Positions 52,862-64,000 of a stretch of DNA of 64,000 nt are shown in pieces. The notes beneath the pieces were generated by a model. It did not search any database, was not told the origin of the DNA, and was given only the letters and a program-made list of their open reading frames with translations. Source of the DNA: Cenococcum geophilum (lineage: Eukaryota); contig CP158635.1 in NCBI GenBank assembly GCA_050273025.1, positions 22,258,001 through 22,322,000 on the forward strand, given 5' to 3'. Numbering within the stretch: position 1 is the first letter of the stretch; every line of letters starts with the position of its first letter. The translations under genes and the position numbers were made by a program.

Positions 52862-53019
52862 TATAAACCCCCTAAAGAAAATTAAAAGAGCCTAAATAGA
52901 ATAAAACTAATTCTAATATAAGGCCTTAGCGTATACGGGTAGTCAACGCAAATCTTACTAGGAAATTTTATTATTTTCTTTATCTATCTATCCTTATCTT
53001 AAAGCTAGTTTATAGTAAG

Positions 53020-54359
53020 TAATGTCTAAAGCGAATTAAAGGCAGCCCTGCAACTCTAGCTACGCGTACTTTCTAGAGTTACGTATCTACCTATTCTATC
53101 CACGCTATGTATTTAATAATTCTAAAATTATCGCTTTAAGACGTAAAAGCCGTTCTTTAATAGTAGATCCTCCTAAACTAGCTAGATTAGTAGCCTATAG
53201 AGAAGGTTAATTGCTAGTATTTAGTAAAGGAGTTGCGTAGGGAGGCTAAGGGGTTACATTTAAATATAAAGGCTAGTAATTAGGTCCTGCATCTATTAGG
53301 CTAATAGGTAGCGTAGTATAGCTAGTATTTAGTGGAGGGATTGCGTATATAACTCTCTCCCGTGTTTTAAAAGGAGCAAGCACTAAAGGCAAAATTCTAG
53401 ATTTGGGGTAGAGGCTATATAAGAGACTCTTAACCTAGGGACTGTTATAATATCTCTCTAGTATACCTTTAGCATACTAATATATTCTAGGCTCGCCTAA
53501 AAATTTTAGCCTTAAATATTGTATTAGTGCATTTAAATATTCTCTAAATAGAGGAGTAGCATAGTATCTAAAAACGCTCCGGCCTACAATAGTTATCTCC
53601 GCTTTAGTCTTAGTTCTTAGGAGGTTAATACTACTCTCCTTAAAGAGAAATAGCTATTCTCCTTAATTGGTTATATATTCTTTATATCCCTTAATAATAG
53701 CGTCCCCTCCTAGAAGATATACTGCAACTAATTTATAATTTAAGTAACCCCCTTAGGGAGCGGTGGTCTATAGAAGGAATTAATATCCGCTAGCGTATAG
53801 TCTATAGCCTACAATCTCCTTTTTAACTCTATTATTATATACCTATCCTTTAGATATATATAGTCTAGGCCTAGTAGATAAAATATTTAAGGGTTAATTG
53901 GCTCCTATAGATGGAATTTCGTTACCTCCTATAGGTGGGACTGTGCCATTAGGGGGCTAGTTTCCTCCTCTATTTTCACTGCCTCCTATAGGTAGAATAG
54001 TATTATTAGCGTTATTTCCTAAGGTTCTATTACTACTATACTACTTTTAGCTACCGTTTTCTTGCGGTATTACATTTCCGCTAGACTCTCCATTATTATT
54101 ATTATCCTTTTAAGTTAGCTTAAGCGTACCGTAAAGCGTTTCTATAATGGGATAATTGTAGAATTTGCGAATATATTTAACTATATATAATCGAACTTTC
54201 TACTAAGCGTTATCTATGGTGGCTCTCCTATATATCCTTTTATAGGGCAATTAAAAGTTAGGATAAAATATATTACTAGTATCTTAAGACCTAGTTTGGT
54301 TCGCGTTATAAAATGCAAGCCTTATGCTACCTTTATCCATATTATCGTTTATTAAGGAG
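53020..54359 (-). pseudogene. Uncharacterised RIPed gene, 3' part (split by copia F)
   Basis: The minus frame is protein-like, e.g. KEIVGYRLYASGY*FLL*...NYKLVAVYLLGGDAIIKGY (53830-53680), with stops only at RIP-type codons. Confidence 0.5.
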
Positions 54360-54364
54360 GTAGC

Positions 54365-57300
54365 TGTCAGATAACTTATATAGAGCTATTCATTAATAAA
54401 ATAGGTTGATTGATTGATGATCTTGATCGTGTCTTAATCGTGTCTTGACCTAGGGTCCCTAGGCTTAGACGAAGATATTTACAATACACGTGACCCGTGC
54501 ACGTAACTCGTGCACGTCCTACGCCACAGAGAATATAGATTATCTAACACACCCCCTTAGCTTTGACCTAGTTGAGGACAAAGCTAGCTACCTTCTCGTG
54601 TCCGTTAATGCGTTAATTGAACTATAATCTTATCTAAATCCTTCCGTCTCGCTCTAATATTCTCCCTTAGGTCCTCCAGTTGCTTCTCCTTATTCAGCTG
54701 CTCCTTAATATCCACTATTCCAATCATATTAACAAAGCTTTTGAACCTCTGCTTGGGCAGGGCCTTCGTAAGTCCATTGGCGATTATCTCCTTCGTCGCT
54801 GTCTATTAAAATTATACTTATTTCTTTGCGTATTTCTAACGTAGCTAGTATTAATAGATATTAACGTATCGGAGCTTTGTGATCAGCTTTGCCGTATCTT
54901 CTATAATTAGTTAGAGCGTTTAGGTGTTGTCGCAGTTAATAATTAAGGGCTTGTTTAGTTGTAACGTTTTTACTTTAAATAGCCTACTAATAAAGATAGC
55001 TTAGCTTCTGTACTCGACGTTATAACTATACCCTACTTATTTACTCTCCAGGCAATCAGCCCCCTAAATAGCTTTATAATGTATCCTTGCGAGCTCTTTC
55101 TATTAACGGAGTTATCTATAAATAATGCGTCGCTGGCACAGATAAATAATTGCGCTTTACTTTTACCGTCTCCGTTATCTCGTCCTTGGTCGCGTATTCC
55201 TTTATCTCTCCCTCTACCGTTCGTTCCTTCCTTATCTCCTTTATAGTAGATTGCTCTACTCCTCGTGCTATATAAATACTAGATGACTCTATCTACCGCT
55301 CAATAGTGCTCTTAGCTTAGGTCTTAATTAAACCTTACTAGCCGTAATACTGTAAAGGCAATATCCGGACGCGTTGTAGTGGCTATATAGAGTACTAAAC
55401 CTAGTTTTCTCTAACATAGCATTATAGAAGCTGGTAGGGATATAGGATGGACTAATAGGTCTGTATTAGGGGACGGACGCGTTAAACGGATTATACGGTG
55501 ATCAGTAAGGAGGAGTTTTAATTCTGCTATAGGAGTATCTAGAAGACGCCCTCTAAGATCTATCTTATACTAGTTAGCTATCTTCTTAATATAGGCTTCC
55601 TAGGATAGCCATAGGAGCCTCTAGCTATAATTACGTAGCATATAGATTTCTAGGAACCATTTTAGCTCGCTAAGGGTACTTATCTGGTATTCCTTACTTA
55701 GCTCCTTAATTGCTTCTTAAGCTTTCTTCTTATCTATCTTTTGGTAGCAGAAGACAATATTATTAACGTAGAAGAAAATAACTATTTTACCTTTTAGCAT
55801 AATATACGGCTTCTAGGGTACTTCTTTAAAACCCAATTCGTTTAATAAGCTTGTGAGATTCTTCTACTATAACAGTGGTAATTATTATAGTCCGTATAGG
55901 GCTTTTCTTAAGCGCAGTACTTTATCTGTCTTTCCTTTATTAAACCCTAGCGGTAGCTTTATATAGACGACCTTATTAAAATCGTAATGGACAAACGTAT
56001 TAACTATATCTATCTATATCGTCTCTAGGTTAAATTTTATAGTAATCGCTATAAGGGTTCGGAAGGTTATACTAGCTAATATAGTAGCTCTTATAGGTAG
56101 GTCTTCTAAAGCCTATTAATTTCCGTAGACTATTAAGCGTGCCTTACATTTCTAGAGAAATCCATACTTGTCCGTCTTATAAACAAACACCTATATTAAG
56201 CTAAGGACCTATTATCCCTTTATATGCTTCTTATCTGTTTCTTAAAACGACCTCATTTGATAATAAGATTGGAGATAGGCTCGTTAAGCCTCTTGGAACT
56301 AATCTTAAAGAGGATGCGTATTAAGGTCCCGGATTAACTAGGGTGGCAGAGGTAGGTTCTTCCTATAAAATCTAACATTGTGTATTCTACCTAATTTCAG
56401 CTTACTGTTATTAAGTTAATTATTAAGGTTAAACTTCCTTCCTGCTAAGAAGGCGCTGTAATAGGCTGATGTAATCCTTTTAGTAATAAAGTCTTTAAAC
56501 CTATTATCGCTGGCTTTCTTGAACGAGTCTTTAACTAAGTCGTTGGATACCCCCTAAGTGTTAAACGCATCTCCTACTTAATAAGCGATGTCTTAACTAG
56601 TACCTTGTATATCTGACTTTATAGAATACTTAATGTAAAAGGCATATGTAGATTCTTTGTCTTCTTCTATTAGAGGTAGTGTATAATATACGTCTTTAAG
56701 AGCTCTTGCAAGCTTAAGATCTGCTAACTTATTAAAGGCTTAAACTAGCTTATTAACGTCGTTATCTTCCTCTTAAATTAACGGTTTAAATACTTCTTTA
56801 TTGTCTTCTAGAAGGACCTTATTCTTGGTCTAGATATTAGGGAGTTAAATCTTCTTAATTAGTGTGTCTAACTTAGCGTATAGGTTCTTTAAAATGTCCG
56901 TTTACTTGCCGTTAAAGAACGTCTTCTTGTTAAAGATGACGTCTCTAGTAGAGATGACGATACCTTTGTGTGGGATCCAGATCCTATAGATATTGGTAGA
57001 GTTATAGCTAATAAGGTAGCTAATATGGGCTCGCGGATCTAGCTTGCTTAGCCTTTTCTTCTTTAGCTAGGCGTCTGATGTTATTACATACGCCCTATAG
57101 CCGTAGGCTTTTAGGTACGCTAGTTGTGGCTTTCTTAACCTATTGGCTAGGAAGGTATAGAACTTCTTATATAGCGATTTCCAACTATTGCTTTTTAGTG
57201 GCGTTTGATCTCGAAGGTATACTGCGTAGTTAACTATCTCGTTCCATAGGTCGTGTGGTAGATTAGTAGCAATTCTTATTGCTTGTAATCTCTTAATAAT

Positions 57301-59927
57301 TACACCCCCTAAGCGTTTGGCGGTACCGTTCTAAGCTTAGGTATATAGCGCCAAAGGCTTAAATATAATTCCTTAAGTCTGTAGCTATTTAAGGGTTCTT
57401 CTTTTCCCTAGCTCGTTGTCTAATTTAATAGTGTTAACCTTAAGGTTATACCTCAGACAAATCTATTAGGTGAAATCTTTAAGCACTTATAGTGTCTCCT
57501 TCTCTTTACTATACGTTATTATAAAATACGAGAAGGTTTTTTCTAAGAAGGTGTTATGGATAAATATAACTTGTATAAATCTAGTATATACTTCCTTAAG
57601 GTTAGTCCAGTTAATATAGAGGTTAAGATAGAGTTTATTAATTTTCTATTTTAAGAACCTTCGTAAGACCTAACGCTTGATTTTAGCGAGACTGTAATAT
57701 TAACATTTCGTCGTCTTTGGGCTTTAAAGCTTAACTCCTAAGGCGTTAAGACCTAAATAATAAAGGCTTATAGGTCCTAAATAACCTAGACGCAGATGCT
57801 ATAGACGTGCATCTCCTTTTAAATCTAGATAAGCGTCTCTTAATAATGCTCTGCACTTCTGTTGGCGTAGTAATCAGCTTATATTAAACGCTAATAGACT
57901 TCCTGGTCGGACGTATTTAATAGTCTATTATCTATAATATTCTTCCATTTAATATAGGATTGTATCGTCCTTCCGAACTAGAAGATTGTTGTCTCCTTTA
58001 TTATTTTAGTAGTACCCTCGTTTTTGAAGTAGACGGAACGATATAAGATTTGTATTAAAGTCTATATAAAAGGCAACGTCCTTAAGACGTAGGATTCCCT
58101 TACTCTTATCTAGTTTTGTAACTTGTATAGTAATATTGCCGTAGCCTAGTATAGGCACTTTTAAGCTGCTGGCGATAATATATTTATGTTTTAAAGCTTT
58201 CTTAAAGTTATAAAAACGAGAGAGGTTATTAAAGATATAGAGAGTGGTTCCTAAGTTAAAAATAGTTAATAGCTTTAGTAGATAGGGTTAACTAGTGTGA
58301 TACAATTCTAGGAATATCGCATTAGCTTCTCCCTTAATCTTAACTGTCTTATAACTCTTCTTATCCTATTATTGTTAAGCCTTATCTTTTTATTCTTTAA
58401 GTCTGATCTTTATAACTTTGTTAGTGAGATCCTTATTCTTTTCTACCTTCTTTAGCACCCTTTTAATGCGAGCATCTTTGATTATAACTCCTTTGGGTCT
58501 TTTATCTTTAAATAAATACTAACAGTTCTGTAGGGAATATCCTTATTTCTTATACGCTAAGTACACGGGTAGTAGCTTCTTATAGGACGTCTCCTTGTCT
58601 ACTAGTGACCTAGCTCTCTTTAAGCGTCTAGTATATACTAAGGTTCCTTTTCCTAAACCTTTAGTAGTATTAGAGTAATCTATTATAGCTTGCTCTATAA
58701 AGTCTATATTAAAGGTACTTCCTCTTATAATAGTATTGGCTTTTTTTTAAAGGTATTCTAAGTCCTTCTTATAGCTCCTTTGCTACTCTGCGGTATTTAG
58801 AAGATCTTAACTTCTAAGGGTTATTTAACTTAGTAGTATACTTTATATAGTAGGCGTTGCTAAAGGGTTAAATAACTTCTACTAATTCTTATAGCTAGAT
58901 TCTATTAGACATTTAAGGGATCTTATACTTCTCTCCTAGTACTATTATATATTCCCATTAATTTAACCACTAATTTAATTTTAACAAGTATTTAAACCCC
59001 TTAAGAGCTTCCGTGTATTAGTGTTGTACCTTTTTCCTAACGAATAATAAGGTAGGTTCTGTATTCTCCTTTAACTAAGATATCCATTCCTTAACTGTAA
59101 GAGAAGGGTTAAGCAGTAGCTTCTTCTAAATCGATACTATAGATATGATTTAGGTACGAATCTTTTAAAGGTGCTCTTCTTATTTTAGGAAATACTTTAT
59201 ATCCTAGTCGTAGTATTATCTGCTGTTCTTATACACCCTCTATTAATTCGTTAAGAGCTGTGCATATAAGGTTGCATTCTTATTAAAATCTATGACTTCT
59301 AGATAGGGTGGTTCTTATAATAGACCTCATTGAGGTACTTCCTTGTCTGGGTCAACATGGGCCCAAATTCGTTTGTCTATAAGGGCTTATAGTTGCCAGA
59401 TCTATTGCTCCTAGTCTTCTAGCTTATTAAGGATGATTGTGGTAGACGAACTTAACGTCGGTGGAGTTATTTGACTGATAGGTAGATGGGAATTGAGATG
59501 GAATTCGTCATCAGGATCGTCCTTGTCGCAGGATCGTCCTTGTCATCAGGATCGTCCTTTGACGATTGGGGTGGAATCTCGTGGAATCTCGTGGAATCTC
59601 GTCCTGTGACAATTGAGGTAGGATTTCGATCAGGGTCGTCTTGTGACGATGAGGTGTTAGAGTCTAACGATAAGGTAGAATTTCTTTAAATAATTGAGTA
59701 ATAGCTAAATAGCTTCTTGTGTCGGCGGACCGGGCTTATAACTGTCAGATAACTCATATAGAGCTATTTATTGATGAAATGGGTTGATTGATTGATGATC
59801 TTAATTGTGTCTTGATCGTGTCTTGACCTAGGGTCCCTGGGCTTAGACGAAGATATTTACAATACACGTGACCCGTGCACGTGACTCGTGTACGTCCTAC
59901 GCCACAGAGAATATAGATTATCTGACA
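54365..59927 (-). mobile_element. Full-length Ty1/copia element F (5563 bp) with 185-bp LTRs and TSD GTAGC
   Basis: LTRs 54365-54549 and 59743-59927; PBS GTTAT(G)AGCCC; PPT. Motifs: integrase QNGTAER (~57320), RT ALYGLR (~55895) and FFYVDD (~55765), RNase H IADGLTK (~54775). Same family as 9561-11313. Confidence 0.95.
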
Positions 59928-59932
59928 GTAGC

Positions 59933-61300
59933 CGCGGTAATAATTACGTTATAGAAAGTGGTATTACGCTAGCCTCTCCCTATATTCTAGACTTAAGGAT
60001 CCTATATATTAAGATCTGGGTTATATTTAGAGAAATGCCATTATATTAAAATGCTGCTTATACCACTTCTAGGATCTATATAGTTAGTACGGAAATTATT
60101 TAGCTATCTATCTAGATTAAAGCTAGCTATATTCTAAATTTCTTATAATCTCCGTTTCTCTTCTTTAAAGGTATATTAAATTTTAGAATAAATGTAAAAT
60201 AACTCGCTAAGTAATCTATCCCTGTCCTAATTTTATATTATAGCACTTTCTCCGCAAGGAGGTAGTAGTGGAGTAGGAGATGGTGGAAAGGTACCTGCTC
60301 TGCTAGGAGTTGGGGATAGTATATAAACTTCGCGCCAACTTCCGTATATTGGAACCAAATTTCTATATTTAGGACCCCTATTTACTAAACCGCTGTATTT
60401 AATACAGTCTTAGTAGAACCTATAGTTGTATAGTAAGACTGTTAATAAAGTACTCTGCGTTAGTCTATCTCTGCATATAAAGTACTTTATCTTATTTTTA
60501 TCTAATATTATATAATCCTTCTCTTCTAACTCTAGTAGACGACTTATAAAACTTATAGACTAAGTGGAATAGACTAGGCATCCGTTATTAAGACGGCTAC
60601 GCTAAATATAGTTCTAGTATATAGTATAGCTATATATATATATCTAGAATCTCCGTCTATTAATACTAAATTACTTATAGCCTAATAATAAAAGCTATAT
60701 CTTAATTCTACATAGCGAAAAGCCTGCGATTTTTCTACTAAGCGAAATACTCGTACTAGTATATCCCGGGAAAGCTGTAACGGAGGCTTATTCCAATCTT
60801 CCTTTAGTACTTCTTACCACCTTATAGAGACTTTCTGTAGAGGGCTAAGTGCCTACCATAGAGGTAAAGCGGAAGGTTAGTTTAATATATTAGGTAGCTG
60901 GTTTATAGTTTCCTCTCTAGGGGTTAGTAGCTAAGATCGAGTTTCTACTAATACTGGCTACTAAGGTTATAGACTTAATTAAGTCTATAGGTTATTGCTA
61001 TGAAGATAAAAGAGAGATATTAGGAGACCCTCTAGAAATTGGATCTCTAGGAGGCGATTACTATTTACCTGCTAAAGTGGACGAGGTGCCAGATTCTATA
61101 GGTTGTGACAACTGTTCTTACTACTAGCTTAAGGGAGTTAGAGTAGTGTTTTTATTAGAGGAAGGCTTACTAAAAAGTTCTAGTGGCTGTTATAAGCGCT
61201 TAGAGGCAGATTTAATAGCTATAGCAGTAGTAGTAGGAACAGAAGTAGACTTTATAGATTATCGTAGGGAAAATAAGGTTGTAGTAGTATGTTTCTTACG
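59933..61300 (-). pseudogene. Uncharacterised RIPed gene, 5' part (continues at 54359)
   Basis: Minus frame LPLW*ALSPLQKVSIRW*EVLKEDWNKPPLQLSRDILVRVFRLVEKSQAFRY (60870-60715), joined to 53020-54359 through the GTAGC TSD. Confidence 0.45.
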
Positions 61301-62184
61301 GTTGTAGCACTTATATATATATAGGTGTTACTAGTGCGCTCCTAATAAATTGGTAGATTACTTTCCCTTAGAGAGAGTATAGAGTTAAAATAAGAAGTAA
61401 TATTAGCTTGACGACCTTGTACCTAGGGTATTCTTTTCTTAGTAGTAGATTGTGGCCCTATAGCACTCGCGAAACAGGCACCCCACTAGGATATACGCTT
61501 TAACGTCTGCTGGTTTATTTACTGGTGGATTACATAGCGGACGAGTTTAAGGCTTATACTTACTTAATATTAAGTAAAAGGGGATATAAAGGACGACTTA
61601 AAGCAGAATATAAACTATGACGTAAATAAGGCATGCTCTAGACTATCTAGTTTACATAATTAGGCTAGCTAATTAAAATCTATAAGCGGTTTAAGTAGAA
61701 GAATATAAAACGATTTTAGGGCATATAGGATATAATTACTACAAAGCACTATCCTTTTAAGCTTTTTTTTTTTAGCATTTGGAACTCTAAAGACTAAAAA
61801 GGGGCCACCTAGTCTAAGGCCTATTTTTAGGCTCTATATAAGAGGGACCAAAAAGCGGCTTCTATTAGCTATAATTAGTTGCCTATACTTTAAGGGTTAG
61901 CTTTACTATCCTATATAAGGACTATATTCTAGACCCCTTCTATACTCTTAGAACATTTAGGGCAATTATATAAATACTGTCCTTCCCGCACTTATATTAG
62001 CAAGTTTTATAACAATAAAAAAGGCTATATATTTACTCGCTATTATATAAGTTTTTATATTTTCTGCTAGGCAAGGTTTAGCTTAAAATTAAAGCCTTAG
62101 TAGTATCGCCCTAGCTATAACTGTATTCGCCAGTAAACCTACGCTAACTCCTTTTTATCTTTTACCCTTAGTAATGTTAGGCTT

Positions 62185-62370
62185 TTTACTAGATTAGAAT
62201 AGACCCTAAATTAAAGGATCTTACTATATTTTAGACCTATTATAAAATATATAAATATAAAGTACTTCCTTTTAAACTAACTAATATACTAGCTATATAC
62301 TAGCGATATATAAATAATATACTCTTTAACTACCTTAATAACTTCTATGCGGCCTATCTAGATAACATCT
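62185..62370 (+). mobile_element. Gypsy RT fragment (B family)
   Basis: Matches ~43085-43265 (YKYKVLPFGLT...AYLDDI). Confidence 0.8.
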
Positions 62371-62668
62371 ATCCCTGCGTCGCGAAATATACCCCGTCGC
62401 GAAACAAATCTATAGTTTAGATATCTTAAGTCTCCCTACTAGGCGTTTATAAACTTACGGTTAATATATTACTATTCTCTAGATATTTCTCCCTAGAAAA
62501 CTAATCTATTTTAAAAAATTACTACGGCGTTGCTTATACTGTCGATTATTTTATTAACGCTATTAATTGCCGCTTTAGCTATACCCCCCTGCTTATTTTA
62601 GATTATTAAAGCCTATTTAGATTTAGAGCACTAGGGGAAAGGTTTAATTAAGAAAGAATATGGCTCTA
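62371..62668. mobile_element. Possible DNA-transposon terminus
   Basis: TA followed by TCCCTGCGTCGCGAAA with a CGTCGCGAAA direct repeat, interrupting the RT fragment. The other end is not in view. Confidence 0.35.
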
Positions 62669-64000
62669 TATTAGCGACTTAGTCAATTAAGGCATAAGCA
62701 CAGTAAGGAGGACGCATGTGGGCCTATATAATTAGATTGTCTATAAACAAGGATCCAAAGCTAAAGAAAGGAAAGGAGAAGAATAGTAGCGCCGCTCGAA
62801 GTTATATGCGGTCCTCTAGTTACGTAACTATAACTGTCTAAAACAGTAGGAAACTATCTGCGATTATCCGCCACAATCCACCGCCATAATCCACCGTTTT
62901 CCACCAGCGCCGTAACATTACCCCCCCCCCTCTAAAAAAGCTTACCCTTAGGCTTTATATATCCGTATTATGTTCATAGGGTATTCTTATCCTTATGCTT
63001 AATAGGCAGCTTATCGTCTTCGCTATACTAGTACTCCATTTATTTATCTAGGTACTTTAGAGGTCTAGGCTTGTTAGGGTATTAGTTATAGAACTTATTA
63101 AGCTTCTATGGGCAGCCTATAAAGTTCCAGGCGGGGTACTAGGTTTGGTCTAGATTGTAGCCTTTCTATTAGATACGGTATCGTAGCGTCCCTTATACTA
63201 GTTTATAGGCTAATATTTTATTAACTTCCTATTTATTGTCGCCATTAACTTAAATTGGCAGTGGGGGCTTATTCTTTTATCTAGGTAGTAGGTTATTTAC
63301 AGCTTTCTATAGCTTATCTAGTAAGAAGATAGGGTGGACTTTAATTAAGTCTGGGAGCTTAACCTTATACGAGTTACCTATTTTATTAAGGATCTTATAC
63401 AGTCCTACTATCTTATAGTCTAGCTTATAGCTAGGCCGTTTTGTCTTCTAGTTCTTTGTTATAACCCAGGCTATATCACCTACGGTAAAGTTAGGCTCGC
63501 GCCTATACTTATTTGCCTACTATTCTATTAGTTTCTAGGTATTTTTTAGGTTCTTATAGGCTACCGTCTATACTTCTTTTAAGCGTCTAGCATACTGCTG
63601 GGCTTCCTTATAAGATAGTTTTTTACGTACGGTCTATAGCCTTTCCGTTCTTTTCTAGTTAAAGCTTATACAAGGTAAGTATCTTATTTCTAGCTAAATA
63701 GGTGCAAATCCCGTAGAGTTGTGGGGTAGGGTCGCCTGGGCGTAGTTTATTAGGGGTAGTAGTTTGCCCTAGTTATCCTAAAAGTAGTTAATAAAGGGCC
63801 GAAGTTTTTAGTCTAAGTATTAATTTATAATCTCCGTCTAACTATCTATCTGCGGGTAGTATACTATAGAAAGCTTTAACCTAATACTAAGGATCTAGGT
63901 AAGCTTAGTCCAGAAGGCCGATATATACTGCGGCCTGTAATTGGATACAATAGTATCTAGTAGTTTGTAAATTTGGTAAATATAATAGATATATAGTTGG
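62669..64000 (-). mobile_element. Ty3/gypsy chromovirus (B family) 3' end: LTR (62669-62917), PPT, chromodomain and integrase
   Basis: The LTR is a reverse-complement relative of 51028-51262; poly-C PPT at 62921-62930; de-RIPed HPQTDGQTE (~63835-63860). Confidence 0.9.

Larger units (their letters stand above)
1..64000. other. RIP-mutated, TE-dense heterochromatin-like region of a filamentous ascomycete
   Basis: TpA is in strong excess and CpA/TpG is depleted. TE reading frames are full of TAA/TAG codons at expected W/Q/R positions. Paired LTRs (9561 vs 11151) differ by transitions only. Confidence 0.95.

Noticed and set aside
59486..59689. 67-aa ORF
   Set aside because: Antisense to the repeat-rich 5' leader of copia F.

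Overview
AT-rich, RIP-mutated (C>T/G>A, strong TpA excess) repeat region of a filamentous ascomycete genome. No intact protein-coding gene, RNA gene or CRISPR array is visible. The window is a stack of nested transposons: six Ty3/gypsy pieces, three Ty1/copia elements, Tc1/pogo-type DNA transposons and MITEs, a LINE 3' fragment, and two related non-coding array-rich elements with TCAGG-type ends. Beneath them lie gene relics: an un-RIPed N-terminal fragment of a probable HET-domain gene, a RIPed DUF3723-type gene next to a divergent kinase-like gene (probable Starship cargo relic, no captain seen), and an unknown gene. The most notable item is a Ty3/gypsy element (6604-21035) carrying a long extra ORF between pol and the 3' LTR; reversing RIP gives the HxD...H...R signature of a 2-oxoglutarate/Fe(II) dioxygenase. 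All protein calls come from manual translation with reversal of RIP-type changes; no database searches were run, and internal coordinates are approximate.
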